The notes under the pieces: model-generated
Told to the model about the DNA's origin: nothing
The model's input: the letters and a program-made list of their open reading frames with translations, nothing else
The model's database searches: none
Translations under genes and position numbers: made by a program
Assembly: GCA_944381195.1 (NCBI GenBank)
Contig: CALWKH010000001.1
Coordinates: 1 to 52,693, forward strand
Reading direction: 5' to 3'
DNA length: 52,693 nucleotides
Source: an uncultured Clostridia bacterium
GTDB lineage: Bacteria > Bacillota > Clostridia > Christensenellales > UBA1242
In this document: positions 17,629 to 27,360 of the stretch, piece by piece
Numbering within the stretch: position 1 is the stretch's first letter
Layout: each line of letters begins with the position of its first letter

Positions 17629-18110
17629 CATTCGCCTCCTTCACTTGTTTCAACAAAAGTAATAAGTCTTATTTTTTGAACATTAAATATGGTGCCATAT
17701 TTGAAATCGTCCACGGTGTAGATTATGTAATATGTTCCAACTTCATCAGCGGAATATGTTCCGTCTGGATTTTTTGTTAAATTAGTGTCAATTTTAACCT
17801 TATCACTAACATCTTTATTAAAGGAAATCACATTGACGCCCTCATCTGTGTATGTTTCGTCAAGCGTGAGTGTCAATTCTTCCTGCCCAATAATTTCAAA
17901 GCAATCATTTCTGGTTAAAAAGTAACTGACAAGCACACCGCCTGCTATACCCACAATCAAAAGCACAATGACCAAAATGATGCTTCCCGCACCCATTTTT
18001 TTAATTTCTTTTCCTGCGCTTTTCAGTGATTTGTTTGTTGCTTTTTCATCTAGGTTAATATTTAAACTTGCTTTTGAAGAAACTTTACTTGCATTTTTTC
18101 TTGTTGCCAT
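17628..18110 (-). CDS. Single-pass membrane protein with an extracytoplasmic Ig-like (DUF5011-like) domain
   Basis: TM segment (GSIILVIVLLIVGIAGGVLVSYFL) followed by a TLTLDETYTDEGVNV...GTYYIIYTV pattern. GGGAGGT RBS. Its stop overlaps the start of the next gene. Confidence 0.55.
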   Translation of the reverse strand: MATRKNASKVSSKASLNINLDEKATNKSLKSAGKEIKKMGAGSIILVIVLLIVGIAGGVLVSYFLTRNDCFEIIGQEELTLTLDETYTDEGVNVISFNKDVSDKVKIDTNLTKNPDGTYSADEVGTYYIIYTVDDFKYGTIFNVQKIRLITFVETSEGGE

Positions 18111-18220
18111 AGATACCTCCCATTTTTCTGTTGTGTTTTTTATACTCTAATTTATTAATGTTAAAAATTATTAAATTTATAACAAAATTATTAAAATTCA
18201 TAATATAAATTAAAATATTT

Positions 18221-19597
18221 TTATCTTAGATGTTTTTCGTATATATTTTGAAGTTCACTGTCACTTGCTCCATTTGACTCTTTTTTGATTTTATCTGCTA
18301 AAAGCAGACTGTCATTATCCAGAAGTTGAAAAGCGTTATCGGTGTAGCTATCTGATAAAACAACAAAGTCGTTTATCCCACTTCGGTTAACCTTTATGTG
18401 ACAATTGCACAAATCATCAATCAGTTGAGTAAGCTTTTTTTCCTCCTCTGTTCTGTTTGATGAATAGCAAATCAAAGTTATGTTCCCGCCATTTGATGTG
18501 TTTCTTCCAACCGCCAACATTTTCTTTAAAGATATGATTGCATCAACTTCGCTTTCTTGCAAACTTTTTTGCTTGAAGCAAAATTCATATGCGTGCAAAA
18601 CCGCCATTAAATCGTCAACCAAAAGCGCAACGCTTTCGCCAAGTTCACAAAGTCTTTTTGCGTGATTGATTGCAAGTTCAATTAGATACATTTGTCTAAA
18701 AGGAATCATATCAAAAGATGAAAAGGAATATTCAATGTTTGAGTTTTCAATGTTCATTTTTTCCTCTGGGCGTTTGTCAAGCGCAATCATAATGGTGTGA
18801 ATGTTTTCCTTTGAAAACTCATTTGCAAAATGTTCAAATAAAACATTTTTTGCGTTTTTATCACCCGTTACCAAAGCGCGCTGACCTTTACCAATTGGAG
18901 CAATGCACTTTGTGAAGACAAGTTTGTCATCTTTCCAAAGTTTTATTATCTCATTTGAGTTTATTGTTTCAAGTTGCGCAAAATTCTGCCTTTTGATTTC
19001 ATCAGGAGCAAAGCCATTTATATTCACCACATCACAAACAACTTGAATGTCACCCTGAGTTATGATTTGCGCCGTGACAATATCACCATTTTGCAAATCA
19101 AAGCGTTCAATAATGCTTGAATTGATTACTGCCATTTGATTGTTTGTAATTTCATTAAGCCCACCAATGTGAAGCGTTCCAAAACCATTTGGCTCACAAA
19201 AAACAATGCCACTGACAATGTTCGGCTGAGAAATTTTGTTAAAACCCTGCATTGCCTCACTCACTTTAAGTTCAGCAAAAAGGCTGAAAGCCTCATCTTT
19301 TACCCAAGCCCCCTTTTCCCAAGAAGAGAATGTGTCATTTTCATCTTCTGCTGGCTGTTCTTGCTTTTTCCATGCACTGTCAAAACTTATGAAGCTTTTT
19401 GGTGGGCGCCCCTTTTTGTTCTTTGCAACAAAAGGCTCAATCTCTCCGCTTACAACCTGCAAAATTTTGTCAATAAGTTCTTCTTTTTTATATGTAGTTG
19501 GCAAATGCACACCAACATTTCGAGCAATTTCTCTCAACTGAAAAATTCCATATTGACTGAGATTTTTTTCGGTATATTGGCTTTTGGTCTTGTTCAT
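18221..19597 (-). CDS. Rho-family protein with degenerate ATPase motifs
   Basis: Rho_N-like IFQLREIARNVGV, the OB region NGFGTLH..ERFDLQNGDIV, and IAPIGKGQRALV..LDKRPEE..HAKRLCE..LLVDDL..GGNITL..NRSG. The order is colinear with E. coli Rho. Confidence 0.72.
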   Translation of the reverse strand: MNKTKSQYTEKNLSQYGIFQLREIARNVGVHLPTTYKKEELIDKILQVVSGEIEPFVAKNKKGRPPKSFISFDSAWKKQEQPAEDENDTFSSWEKGAWVKDEAFSLFAELKVSEAMQGFNKISQPNIVSGIVFCEPNGFGTLHIGGLNEITNNQMAVINSSIIERFDLQNGDIVTAQIITQGDIQVVCDVVNINGFAPDEIKRQNFAQLETINSNEIIKLWKDDKLVFTKCIAPIGKGQRALVTGDKNAKNVLFEHFANEFSKENIHTIMIALDKRPEEKMNIENSNIEYSFSSFDMIPFRQMYLIELAINHAKRLCELGESVALLVDDLMAVLHAYEFCFKQKSLQESEVDAIISLKKMLAVGRNTSNGGNITLICYSSNRTEEEKKLTQLIDDLCNCHIKVNRSGINDFVVLSDSYTDNAFQLLDNDSLLLADKIKKESNGASDSELQNIYEKHLR

Positions 19598-19661
19598 TTT
19601 CTTCCCTTTTTTATTATTTTAAAATAATCATAGCATAAAGAATTAAAAAAGTAAACTATAA

Positions 19662-19695
19662 AACAAAAAAACACAAAGTTAAAAAACTTTGTGTT
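19662..19695 (-). terminator. Rho-independent terminator after sleB-ypeB
   Basis: 11-bp stem AACACAAAGTT/AACTTTGTGTT followed by TTTTTTG on the minus strand. Confidence 0.7.
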
Positions 19696-19862
19696 CTAAG
19701 TTGTAAGCAAATAAAATCTTGATGATTCTTTTATTGCTTACATTATTATAATATGTGTTTTTGAAAATAATATTCACATTTTTTAAAAAATTTTCAAATT
19801 TTTATTAAATTTTTATAATTTTAAGTTAAATTTTATAAAAAGTTTGCTTTATGTAAAATCTC

Positions 19863-21194
19863 TTACATCAAAAGTTCGCCGTCATCTGTTTCAATAACTT
19901 TCATGATGTTAAGGTCTTTGCCTGTTAAAGCGTCAATATAGACATAGTAAACGCTTCCTTCTTTCAGACACTTGAACTCCCAAGCCAAACTTTCTCCAAC
20001 ATATTCATTAGGCACAACGACAAGTTTTTCTGTTAAAATGCTGAGATATTCATCAACTTTTTCTTGTGCATTTTCCTTGCTGATTTTTGGCGTTAAATTT
20101 GTTCTTTCAACATGGTTAAAAGCATAACTTCTTGCTTCATAGCCCAAAATTTCGCCCGTATCTTGACTGACTTTCACTTTTATCATGTCTGGATAGATTA
20201 TAACACCATCTTTAACATAGCAAAGATTACAGTAAACAAAGCCTTCACATTCGGTGCTCCAAACAACCTTGACATCTTCTATTCCAACTTTTTTTGCAAA
20301 GTTTTCTGCCAAAAGTTCGCATTCTTCAAGTTGTTTATTCTTATCACCAGCATTTACGTCTGTGCCAAGTTGCAAAAGCATACCACCCTTTTGCGTAATT
20401 TGAGCATATCCATTTTTGCCTTCTTTTTCAAGCATGAAGTTCCAAGTGTCAAAATCTCCACCCTTGCTTTCACCAGAAGGTGAAATTTGCCAATCGGTGA
20501 ACCATTTTTGCATCAAAAGTTCTGCTTCTGTTTGTGTTACATTTATGTCTTTAAGCCCTTTTACCTCTTTGTTTTGGGTTGAATCACTGAATGGTCCGTC
20601 ATAGATTAGCGTTGGATATTCAATTGTGTCATCATAGACACCGCTCCACTGCTGACTGAAATCATTCACCTCAACATTAGGGTCTTTAATGTTGTCAATA
20701 ATTGAATAACCTGAATTAATAAGGTTTGCAAGCCTGTTGAGTTCAAACTTCACTTCGCTTGCGCTTTGATGTAACTGATCAATTTGGTCTTTATCATCAA
20801 GCGTTAGTTCTTCTCCATTTAGAATATTTTGGTGCAAGGTGAAGGAATATCCACCAAGTTGATTTATAAACTTTGTTGTTTCATTGATTGAATGATGTTC
20901 AAGTGGCAAAGAAGAAAGATTATTCTGCGCCGATTGACAAAGTGACACAACTTCGGTTAAATATTTTTCTTGCATTTCTTCATCTGTTGAAACTGACAAT
21001 TTGCTTAAATTTGTTTCTATGTTATTAACACTGTCTGTTAAACTGTAAAAATTGTTAAGATAGTTATAGTTAAGTTCTTGTCTGTATCTATCAAGTTCGC
21101 TTTGCGTGATTCCCCACATCACACCCATAAAAATCACCAAGCCCACAAGAACGGACATACTGATGATTCCAATTATTTTCATTGCTTTACTCAT
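19863..21194 (-). CDS. ypeB: Germination protein YpeB (PepSY domains)
   Basis: 443 aa with an N-terminal TM segment. It sits immediately downstream of sleB and matches my memory of the B. subtilis YpeB N-terminus. Confidence 0.82.
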   Translation of the reverse strand: MSKAMKIIGIISMSVLVGLVIFMGVMWGITQSELDRYRQELNYNYLNNFYSLTDSVNNIETNLSKLSVSTDEEMQEKYLTEVVSLCQSAQNNLSSLPLEHHSINETTKFINQLGGYSFTLHQNILNGEELTLDDKDQIDQLHQSASEVKFELNRLANLINSGYSIIDNIKDPNVEVNDFSQQWSGVYDDTIEYPTLIYDGPFSDSTQNKEVKGLKDINVTQTEAELLMQKWFTDWQISPSGESKGGDFDTWNFMLEKEGKNGYAQITQKGGMLLQLGTDVNAGDKNKQLEECELLAENFAKKVGIEDVKVVWSTECEGFVYCNLCYVKDGVIIYPDMIKVKVSQDTGEILGYEARSYAFNHVERTNLTPKISKENAQEKVDEYLSILTEKLVVVPNEYVGESLAWEFKCLKEGSVYYVYIDALTGKDLNIMKVIETDDGELLM

Positions 21195-21204
21195 TCCTCA
21201 CCTC

Positions 21205-21879
21205 TTATATTGCAAAATTATGCTTTCCAATGGTAACCACAATTTGTCTTGACCAAATCCAAGAACTTGTTGCTGTGTTTGGATTATAGTAGTAAAGAGC
21301 ACCATATGTTGGGTCCCAACCATTGAGTGCATCTCTGGCCGCATTATATGCCGACTCGTTTGGTTCCAAATTTATCTGTCCGTCACTGACCGCTGTGAAC
21401 GCATATGGTTGATATATAACTCCCGCAATGGTATTTGGAAAGCTTGGACTTTCCACCCTGTTTAAAATAACAGCACCAATTGCAACTTGACCAACATATG
21501 GTTCACCTCTTGCCTCTGCATGAATACATTTTGCCAAAAGATAAAGGTCATTATTCGTTTGTGTTCCAAGAGTCATTCCAAGAGCAGCAGCTGTTTTGCT
21601 TCCAACAATTCCGTCAACAGTCAGCCCATTCTTTTTTTGAAAACTTTTCACAGCACTTGTTGTCTTTGGTCCATAAATCCCGTCAACCGACCCCGTGTAA
21701 TAACCCCAGCGTTTAAGTTTTGTTTGCACTGTCTGTATTTCACTTGTCGAAAGTGCAGCCTCTGCCACAAGTTCACTGCTCATATTTGCTGGCACTTCAC
21801 TGAAAGCAAACAGAAAACCAGAACTTAAAAATGCAAACAAAGCGAGTGATAAATAGATAATTTTAGAAAATTTTGTCAT
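21205..21879 (-). CDS. sleB: Spore cortex-lytic enzyme SleB
   Basis: Signal peptide, a PG_binding_1 repeat (WGYYTGSVDGIYGPKT..FQKKNGLTVDGIVG) and the Hydrolase_2 core (HAEARGEPYVGQVAIGAVILNR). Confidence 0.85.
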   Translation of the reverse strand: MTKFSKIIYLSLALFAFLSSGFLFAFSEVPANMSSELVAEAALSTSEIQTVQTKLKRWGYYTGSVDGIYGPKTTSAVKSFQKKNGLTVDGIVGSKTAAALGMTLGTQTNNDLYLLAKCIHAEARGEPYVGQVAIGAVILNRVESPSFPNTIAGVIYQPYAFTAVSDGQINLEPNESAYNAARDALNGWDPTYGALYYYNPNTATSSWIWSRQIVVTIGKHNFAI

Positions 21880-21944
21880 TTTGTTCTCCTTTTGGTTTTT
21901 TCTTGTGTTATTTTGTTTAATTTTTTAAAATTTATTTATTCTTT

Positions 21945-22493
21945 TTATAAATTAAAGAAATTTTTTATGATTTCAACAAGTTTTGATTTATAAACAACAC
22001 CCTCATCACTGGTATCAGTTGCTTGAACAAAGCACATTGGCGGGTATGCCACACACCACCAGTTGTCTCCACTTCCAGAACCAAGGTTTATGATAAGCGC
22101 ATCATAGATATCACTTTCAAGCGTTAAATCTTCATATGTTCTTGTTGGAAAATATTCACTCTTTATAGATGCCGAACTTGTGTAGTTAAAACCATTTTCA
22201 CTAAGAACATCATCTGCTGTGGCGCAAACTAAATCTAGATTCTCGTTTATGATACTCATTGCTTGCTGTTTTGTTTCTGACTCGCTTAGAAGTGGAGTGA
22301 GAACTTTCACAACCTCATCTTTGATTTCATATTTAACCTTTTGGTCAGCACTTGAATTGCTGTTTGCTCTTATATGTATTCTCAGATAATCATCTGCGCT
22401 AAGACTGGATGTGTTTTGAATTGGAATACAAAAAATAATTATTATAAAAAATAAACCTATAAAAACCAAACCAAAAATTTGTTTTGCCTTCAT
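21945..22493 (-). CDS. spoIIR: Stage II sporulation protein R
   Basis: YLRIHIRANSNSSADQKVKYEIKD and WWCVAYPPMCF motifs. Start at Met32 (22493) after GAGGTGA. Confidence 0.85.
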   Translation of the reverse strand: MKAKQIFGLVFIGLFFIIIIFCIPIQNTSSLSADDYLRIHIRANSNSSADQKVKYEIKDEVVKVLTPLLSESETKQQAMSIINENLDLVCATADDVLSENGFNYTSSASIKSEYFPTRTYEDLTLESDIYDALIINLGSGSGDNWWCVAYPPMCFVQATDTSDEGVVYKSKLVEIIKNFFNL

Positions 22494-22540
22494 TCTTTCA
22501 CCTCTTGCTTGAATTTTTAACACTTTTGCAGAATTTAAAC

Positions 22541-22570
22541 AAAAAAACACCACTTTTTTGGTGTTTTTTA
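22541..22570. terminator. Rho-independent terminator after the SipL-like gene
   Basis: Stem AACACCA/TGGTGTT flanked by an A-run and a T-run. Confidence 0.6.
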
Positions 22571-22598
22571 TTGTCATTTTTTGCAAATTATAAATAAT

Positions 22599-24140
22599 TT
22601 ATTTTTCATCAATTTTTTCTTGACGATAAACAAAGACTTGTGTTGGTTTTGTTATTGGGAAAGTAAGATTTGGATTTTGCTCCATCAAAACATCTGGATT
22701 AATTAAAAGCGCTTTTGCAACAGTCCACAAATCTTCCGCTTGGTCAATGACATAAAGTCCCATATTTGCCTCTGGAGTTTGCCTGCTGTCACTTAGAGTT
22801 ATTTCATTTAAAACAACCTCGCTGTTATCTCTTAAAACTCGAACACTTAAAATAATATCTGCCAAAACATCAATTTCTTTTGCTCGCTTATTTCTTGCTT
22901 CAGTGTCTTTAATTACGACGCTTGCAATTGCCGTGTCGGTGTCTTTTATATCATCACAACGAACAACACTTTCAAATGGAATCTCAACTTGAACTGCTTG
23001 CATGGTGTTATTATCATCATCTAGAAGATATACTACATTCACATAAGCTGTTCCACTTACCACAACATCACTGTCAACAATTTTCACATTATCAACAACG
23101 CCAAACCCAGTTGAACTCATTACCACTTTGTCAATTCTTACATCATCTTGTGAGAAAGCAATGTTGCCATCAATCTTGTCATTAACTGTTTTTTCACAAA
23201 CAACTTGTTGGCTTATGAAACTTTGGTGATTCATATTCATTTCGCGATAAGGACAAAATGCGTCAACAACAAAATCAATTGAACTTGAAGTAACAATAAA
23301 AATATTTGCATTAAAACCATTTTTAAGCAAAATTATGCCCTTTGAACTTTCAAGTTCGCCTTGAATTTCAAAAGCGTTAGAGCAGGTCATAAGGCCAGCA
23401 AATGCTTTTTGATTATCTGTTACACCAGTTGCCAAAACTTCTTGATGAAAATCTGATTGATAGAGTTCTGTCTTAAGTTTTGGTTTTTCATCGTTTGTTA
23501 AATAGATAAGTCTTGTGAAAAGTTCTCCGTGCAGAGTAACCAAATCGTTGGAAACTGATGAATCTTTTAAAACAGCCGTGCTTTCAGTTAACAAAACCTT
23601 TTTTACACCGTTTGGCAAATCTATTTCAGTTGATAATTCAAAATTTTGATTAAAAGTGCTTGTAATAGTGTTATAATCAATTTTTGCAACTTTTTCGTTT
23701 GCAGGTGCTGCGCTTGATATATAGTTTATGTTTTGATTATCTATTAGAATTATTGAAACATCATATGCACATGTGAAAGAAACAGTTAAATCAGTGGCGC
23801 TGACATTTTCAATTCTAATATTTGTTGTATTTGCAAAAATTTGGCTGTCTTGCATTATCAGCACATTATTATAACTGCTTGTTGAAGCATTGGAAGAAGT
23901 CAGTGTGGTGATGTCTCCACCTTCCAGAAGCACCAAAGCATAGCCTTCCACCTTTACATCAAAATTAACATTTCCAGCATTAACCGAACTGATGCTCACA
24001 CAAGGCAAAGCACGAGTGAACAAAACCTTTTCAATCTTTTCTCCATTCGTGTTGAATGTAAGGTTGGTTTGAATTGTTATTTTTTCTAATCTTTTTGTGT
24101 ATCTTGCTTCAAGTTTGCTTGTTTGTGGTTCGAAAGCCAT
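22599..24140 (-). CDS. SipL/SpoVID-like spore morphogenetic protein (DUF3794-like repeats plus a C-terminal LysM)
   Basis: 513 aa. The C-terminus LWTVAKALLINPDVLMEQNPNLTFPITKPTQVFV looks like LysM. Size and architecture resemble C. difficile SipL as I recall it. Confidence 0.55.
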   Translation of the reverse strand: MAFEPQTSKLEARYTKRLEKITIQTNLTFNTNGEKIEKVLFTRALPCVSISSVNAGNVNFDVKVEGYALVLLEGGDITTLTSSNASTSSYNNVLIMQDSQIFANTTNIRIENVSATDLTVSFTCAYDVSIILIDNQNINYISSAAPANEKVAKIDYNTITSTFNQNFELSTEIDLPNGVKKVLLTESTAVLKDSSVSNDLVTLHGELFTRLIYLTNDEKPKLKTELYQSDFHQEVLATGVTDNQKAFAGLMTCSNAFEIQGELESSKGIILLKNGFNANIFIVTSSSIDFVVDAFCPYREMNMNHQSFISQQVVCEKTVNDKIDGNIAFSQDDVRIDKVVMSSTGFGVVDNVKIVDSDVVVSGTAYVNVVYLLDDDNNTMQAVQVEIPFESVVRCDDIKDTDTAIASVVIKDTEARNKRAKEIDVLADIILSVRVLRDNSEVVLNEITLSDSRQTPEANMGLYVIDQAEDLWTVAKALLINPDVLMEQNPNLTFPITKPTQVFVYRQEKIDEK

Positions 24141-24169
24141 TTTATTCCCCCTTCAAAAAATATTGATAT

Positions 24170-24196
24170 ATCATATGGGAAACTGCTTTCAATTAT
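24170..24196 (-). promoter_or_regulatory. Possible sigma-E type promoter (ATAATT-13-CATATGAT) for the SipL-like gene
   Basis: The minus strand reads gtcATAATTgaaagcagtttccCATATGATatat, about 30 nt upstream of the ATG. The consensus is recalled from memory. Confidence 0.3.
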
Positions 24197-24207
24197 GACA
24201 ACAAGCA

Positions 24208-24450
24208 CTATTTTTTTAGTGCAATCTTCACATCACCACACAGAATATCACTATATGAACAAGAAAGCTTTTCTGTTTTGGTTGCATTGTCTAACTTAAC
24301 AACAAAAACGCTGTGATATGTGTCTTCTATCACACCACTATAGTGAGAAATCTTTTTTCTTCCATGATTTACTTCCATTTCAACACCCTGCCCTTTTAGT
24401 GCCAAAATTTTATTTTTTACTTCGCTTATATCCATTGTTGGCTTGTGCAT
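24208..24450 (-). CDS. veg: Veg protein
   Basis: 80 aa with HGRKKISHYSGVIEDTYHSVFVV...SCSYSDIL, which parallels B. subtilis Veg. AGAGGTGA RBS. Confidence 0.85.
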   Translation of the reverse strand: MHKPTMDISEVKNKILALKGQGVEMEVNHGRKKISHYSGVIEDTYHSVFVVKLDNATKTEKLSCSYSDILCGDVKIALKK

Positions 24451-24497
24451 ATTTCACCTCTTTTAATGATTTTTGCCCTTTTTATAATTTCTATACA

Positions 24498-24527
24498 AAA
24501 GAAAAAGGCACTAATAATTTTAGTGCC
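24498..24527 (-). terminator. Rho-independent terminator after tkt
   Basis: Stem GGCACTAA/TTAGTGCC followed by TTTTTCTTTTG on the minus strand. Confidence 0.7.
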
Positions 24528-24548
24528 AAAAAACTTTAAAAAATAACT

Positions 24549-26501
24549 TTATTTAATCATTTTTTTAACATTTTTAACAATATTTTCAACATTTATGCCA
24601 AAAAGGTCAGCAATTTCTTGACCTTTTCCACTCTCGCCAAATGAGTTTATTCGCATAACCTTTCCTGTTTTACTAATGAATTTAAAGAATGTTTCGCCAC
24701 AACCATAGTCAACTGCTAAGATTTTTTCACATCTTTTTGGCAGAACGCTGTTTTGATATTTTGCTGTTTGCTTTAAGAAAAGTTCTGCACAAGGCATACT
24801 TACCACACGAACATCAATGTTTTCCTTTAAAAGTTCTTCTTGTGCTTGCACACACAGAGAAACCTCACTTCCAGAAGCAAGCAAAATTGCCTGCATTTTC
24901 TTTTTCTCTTTTGAGATAACATATGCACCAAAAAGAGCATCATCACCACTTCCTTTTAAAATTGGCAAGGTTTGTCTGCTTAAAATCAGCGCTGTTGGTG
25001 CAGGGTTGTCAATTGCAATTTTATATGCCGAAACAGTCTCGTTTGCATCTGCTGGGCGAATTACTGCAAGGTTTGGAATAAGCCTTAAACTTGCAACTTG
25101 CTCAATTGGTTGATGACTTGGTCCGTCCTGACCAATCATTATGCTATCATGACTGAAAAGATATAAAACAGGCAAATCCATGAGTGCGCTTTGACGAATT
25201 GCATAGCGCATATAGTCACAAAAGATAAGGAAAGTTGATGCAAAGGTTCTAAGCCCTCCGTGCAAACAAATTCCGTTGCAGATTCCACCCATTGCGTGTT
25301 CTCTCACTCCAAAAGGAATGTTTTGCCCACAAGGATTGTGTTTTGAAAAATCACCCTTATCGTTTAGATATGCCATTGTAGACTTTGCAACATCAGCGCC
25401 ACCACCAAAAAAGTTATTTAAAGTATTTGCAAGTGTGTTTAAAATTTCGCCACTTGCCTCACGAGTGGAAATTGGCTTTTTGAAAGAGATTTTGTTAAGC
25501 GCTTTTTCAAGTCTCTTAACATTATCACCAAAAAGTTCTTCAAATTCATTAGGATATTTTTGCTTATATTCTTCTTTTATCTTTTGCCAATTTTCATAGT
25601 TTTGAGCATTTTTGTTAGATAGTTGAGCACAATATTCCTTTACATCTTGGCTTACCTCAAAAGGAACGCTGGACACGCCAAAGTTTTGGCAAATTTCAGC
25701 AACCTCTTCTTTTGTGAAAGGTTTTCCGTGACATTTCGCACTGTTTGCAAGTTTAGAACCAAAACCAATTGTTGTTTTACATATAATCAAGGTTGGCTTA
25801 CTTTTTGTTTTTGCTTTTTTGATTGCCTTTTCAATTTCTTTATAGTCATTCCCCTTCAAAACGGTGATGACATCAAAGCCCATTGCCTCAAAACGCTGTT
25901 TTGTGTTTTCTGCACTTGTGACACTTAAACTGTCAGTCATGGTGATGTCGTTGCTGTCGTAAAGCACAATAAGTTTATTTAGATTAAATGTTCCAGCAAG
26001 AGAAAGTGCTTCATAACTGATTCCTTCCATTAAGTCCCCATCGCCACAAAAAACAAAGGTATAGTGGTCGCAAATTTTTGCATCTTTTTTGTTATATAAA
26101 GACGCAATGTGCTTTTCAGCAAGACACATTCCAACGCCTTGCGCAATGCCCTGCCCCAAGGCACCTGTAGACGCATCAACACCGCTGGTCACATTAACCT
26201 CTGGATGACCTGGCGTAAGAGAGCCCAGTGTCCTGAACTCCTTTAAATCTTCAAGAGACAAGTCATAGCCAAACAAAAAAAGTGTTGCATATAGAACACT
26301 GCTTGCGTGTCCACCAGATAACACAATTCGGTCACGATTAAACCAATTTGCGTCTTTTGGATAGATGTTTGCATTTTTATAAACGGCAAAAAGTGCTGGC
26401 GCAAGCCCAAGTGCCACACCAGGATGCCCAGAATTTGCCTCTGCAATTTCGTCAAGAGCAAGTTTTCTCATTGTGTTTATTATCTTTTGTTCAATCTCCA
26501 T
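24549..26501 (-). CDS. tkt: Transketolase
   Basis: 650 aa with SGHPG, GDGDLMEG (ThDP binding), and the pyrimidine and C-terminal domains. Confidence 0.95.
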   Translation of the reverse strand: MEIEQKIINTMRKLALDEIAEANSGHPGVALGLAPALFAVYKNANIYPKDANWFNRDRIVLSGGHASSVLYATLFLFGYDLSLEDLKEFRTLGSLTPGHPEVNVTSGVDASTGALGQGIAQGVGMCLAEKHIASLYNKKDAKICDHYTFVFCGDGDLMEGISYEALSLAGTFNLNKLIVLYDSNDITMTDSLSVTSAENTKQRFEAMGFDVITVLKGNDYKEIEKAIKKAKTKSKPTLIICKTTIGFGSKLANSAKCHGKPFTKEEVAEICQNFGVSSVPFEVSQDVKEYCAQLSNKNAQNYENWQKIKEEYKQKYPNEFEELFGDNVKRLEKALNKISFKKPISTREASGEILNTLANTLNNFFGGGADVAKSTMAYLNDKGDFSKHNPCGQNIPFGVREHAMGGICNGICLHGGLRTFASTFLIFCDYMRYAIRQSALMDLPVLYLFSHDSIMIGQDGPSHQPIEQVASLRLIPNLAVIRPADANETVSAYKIAIDNPAPTALILSRQTLPILKGSGDDALFGAYVISKEKKKMQAILLASGSEVSLCVQAQEELLKENIDVRVVSMPCAELFLKQTAKYQNSVLPKRCEKILAVDYGCGETFFKFISKTGKVMRINSFGESGKGQEIADLFGINVENIVKNVKKMIK

Positions 26502-26518
26502 TTTTTCACCTCAAAATT

Positions 26519-26527
26519 ATTATATCA
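26519..26527 (-). promoter_or_regulatory. Extended -10 (TGaTATAAT) upstream of tkt
   Basis: It lies 17 nt before the ATG. This leaves a very short leader that carries GAGGTG. Confidence 0.3.
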
Positions 26528-26689
26528 AAAATTTTCAAAAATAAAAACAAAAAAAGGGCTATTGCTTTATATTTTTTTAAACTCACATAAAAAGAAATCA
26601 ACTTAATAAATTGTTAGATTTTTTCATTTATTCTGCTAATTTCAAAGATTATTAACCTTAGTTAAATAATTTAGAAACTTGTGGCATTT

Positions 26690-26733
26690 TTAGAGAAAGA
26701 AAAGAGTATAAATTTGATTTATACTCTTTTTTT
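26690..26733. terminator. Hairpin terminator downstream of the 26824-27360 gene
   Basis: 12-bp stem AAGAGTATAAAT/ATTTATACTCTT with a 3-nt loop and T-rich flanks on both strands. Confidence 0.55.
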
Positions 26734-26823
26734 AATTCTTTTTGTTCTTAATTTTGGGGTAAAGTTTAAAAAGCATATTATATTTTAAAAATTAAATTCT
26801 TTCTATTTTATCAGTTTTGAAGA

Positions 26824-27360
26824 CTACGAATCTTTCCCCTCTTTTTTTTGCTTTTTAAAAAAATCGTTTATTGCAGTTAGAATTTTTTTCACTGCCTTTT
26901 TCTCTTTGAAAGTGGAACAGTTAACAACAATATCACTGCTGTCAACATAGATTTTATCTTGCTCGGTAAAGGCAAGTTCCAAAAGTTTTTGGTCGATTTC
27001 ATCTTTTGAAATGGTGGCTCTTTTTGAAATAAATTTTGGTGAAATTTGCAAATATATTATATAACTGCTTTTTTTAATGCGGTCAAGATTGCGATTACTA
27101 AACAAGGTTGAAGGCTTGATGCTTATGATAGTATTTTCAAAACTGGCAATATTTTTTATGACCTTAACTTCATTTTGCTTAATATATTTTTTACCCTCTT
27201 TTGCGCCCAAAACAGATAGAATATGTTTTGTATCCCCAAGTTCAAAGTCCAGCATATCCTCAACATCAACATAGAACATATCAAGTTTTTCACCAAGTAA
27301 TTTTGCGACATTATTGCTGTAATTTTGAAGTACGCAAATAAAAGTTATGTTAGTTTTCAT
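26824..27360 (-). CDS. Hypothetical protein; shikimate-kinase-like layout without a P-loop
   Basis: ATG at 27360 after AGAGG. The N-terminus NITFICVLQNYSNNVAKLLGEKLDMFYVDVEDML aligns by eye with the NIVLIGFMGVGKTT...FIDTD region of AroK, but the GxxGxGKT motif is absent. Confidence 0.45.
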   Translation of the reverse strand: MKTNITFICVLQNYSNNVAKLLGEKLDMFYVDVEDMLDFELGDTKHILSVLGAKEGKKYIKQNEVKVIKNIASFENTIISIKPSTLFSNRNLDRIKKSSYIIYLQISPKFISKRATISKDEIDQKLLELAFTEQDKIYVDSSDIVVNCSTFKEKKAVKKILTAINDFFKKQKKEGKDS

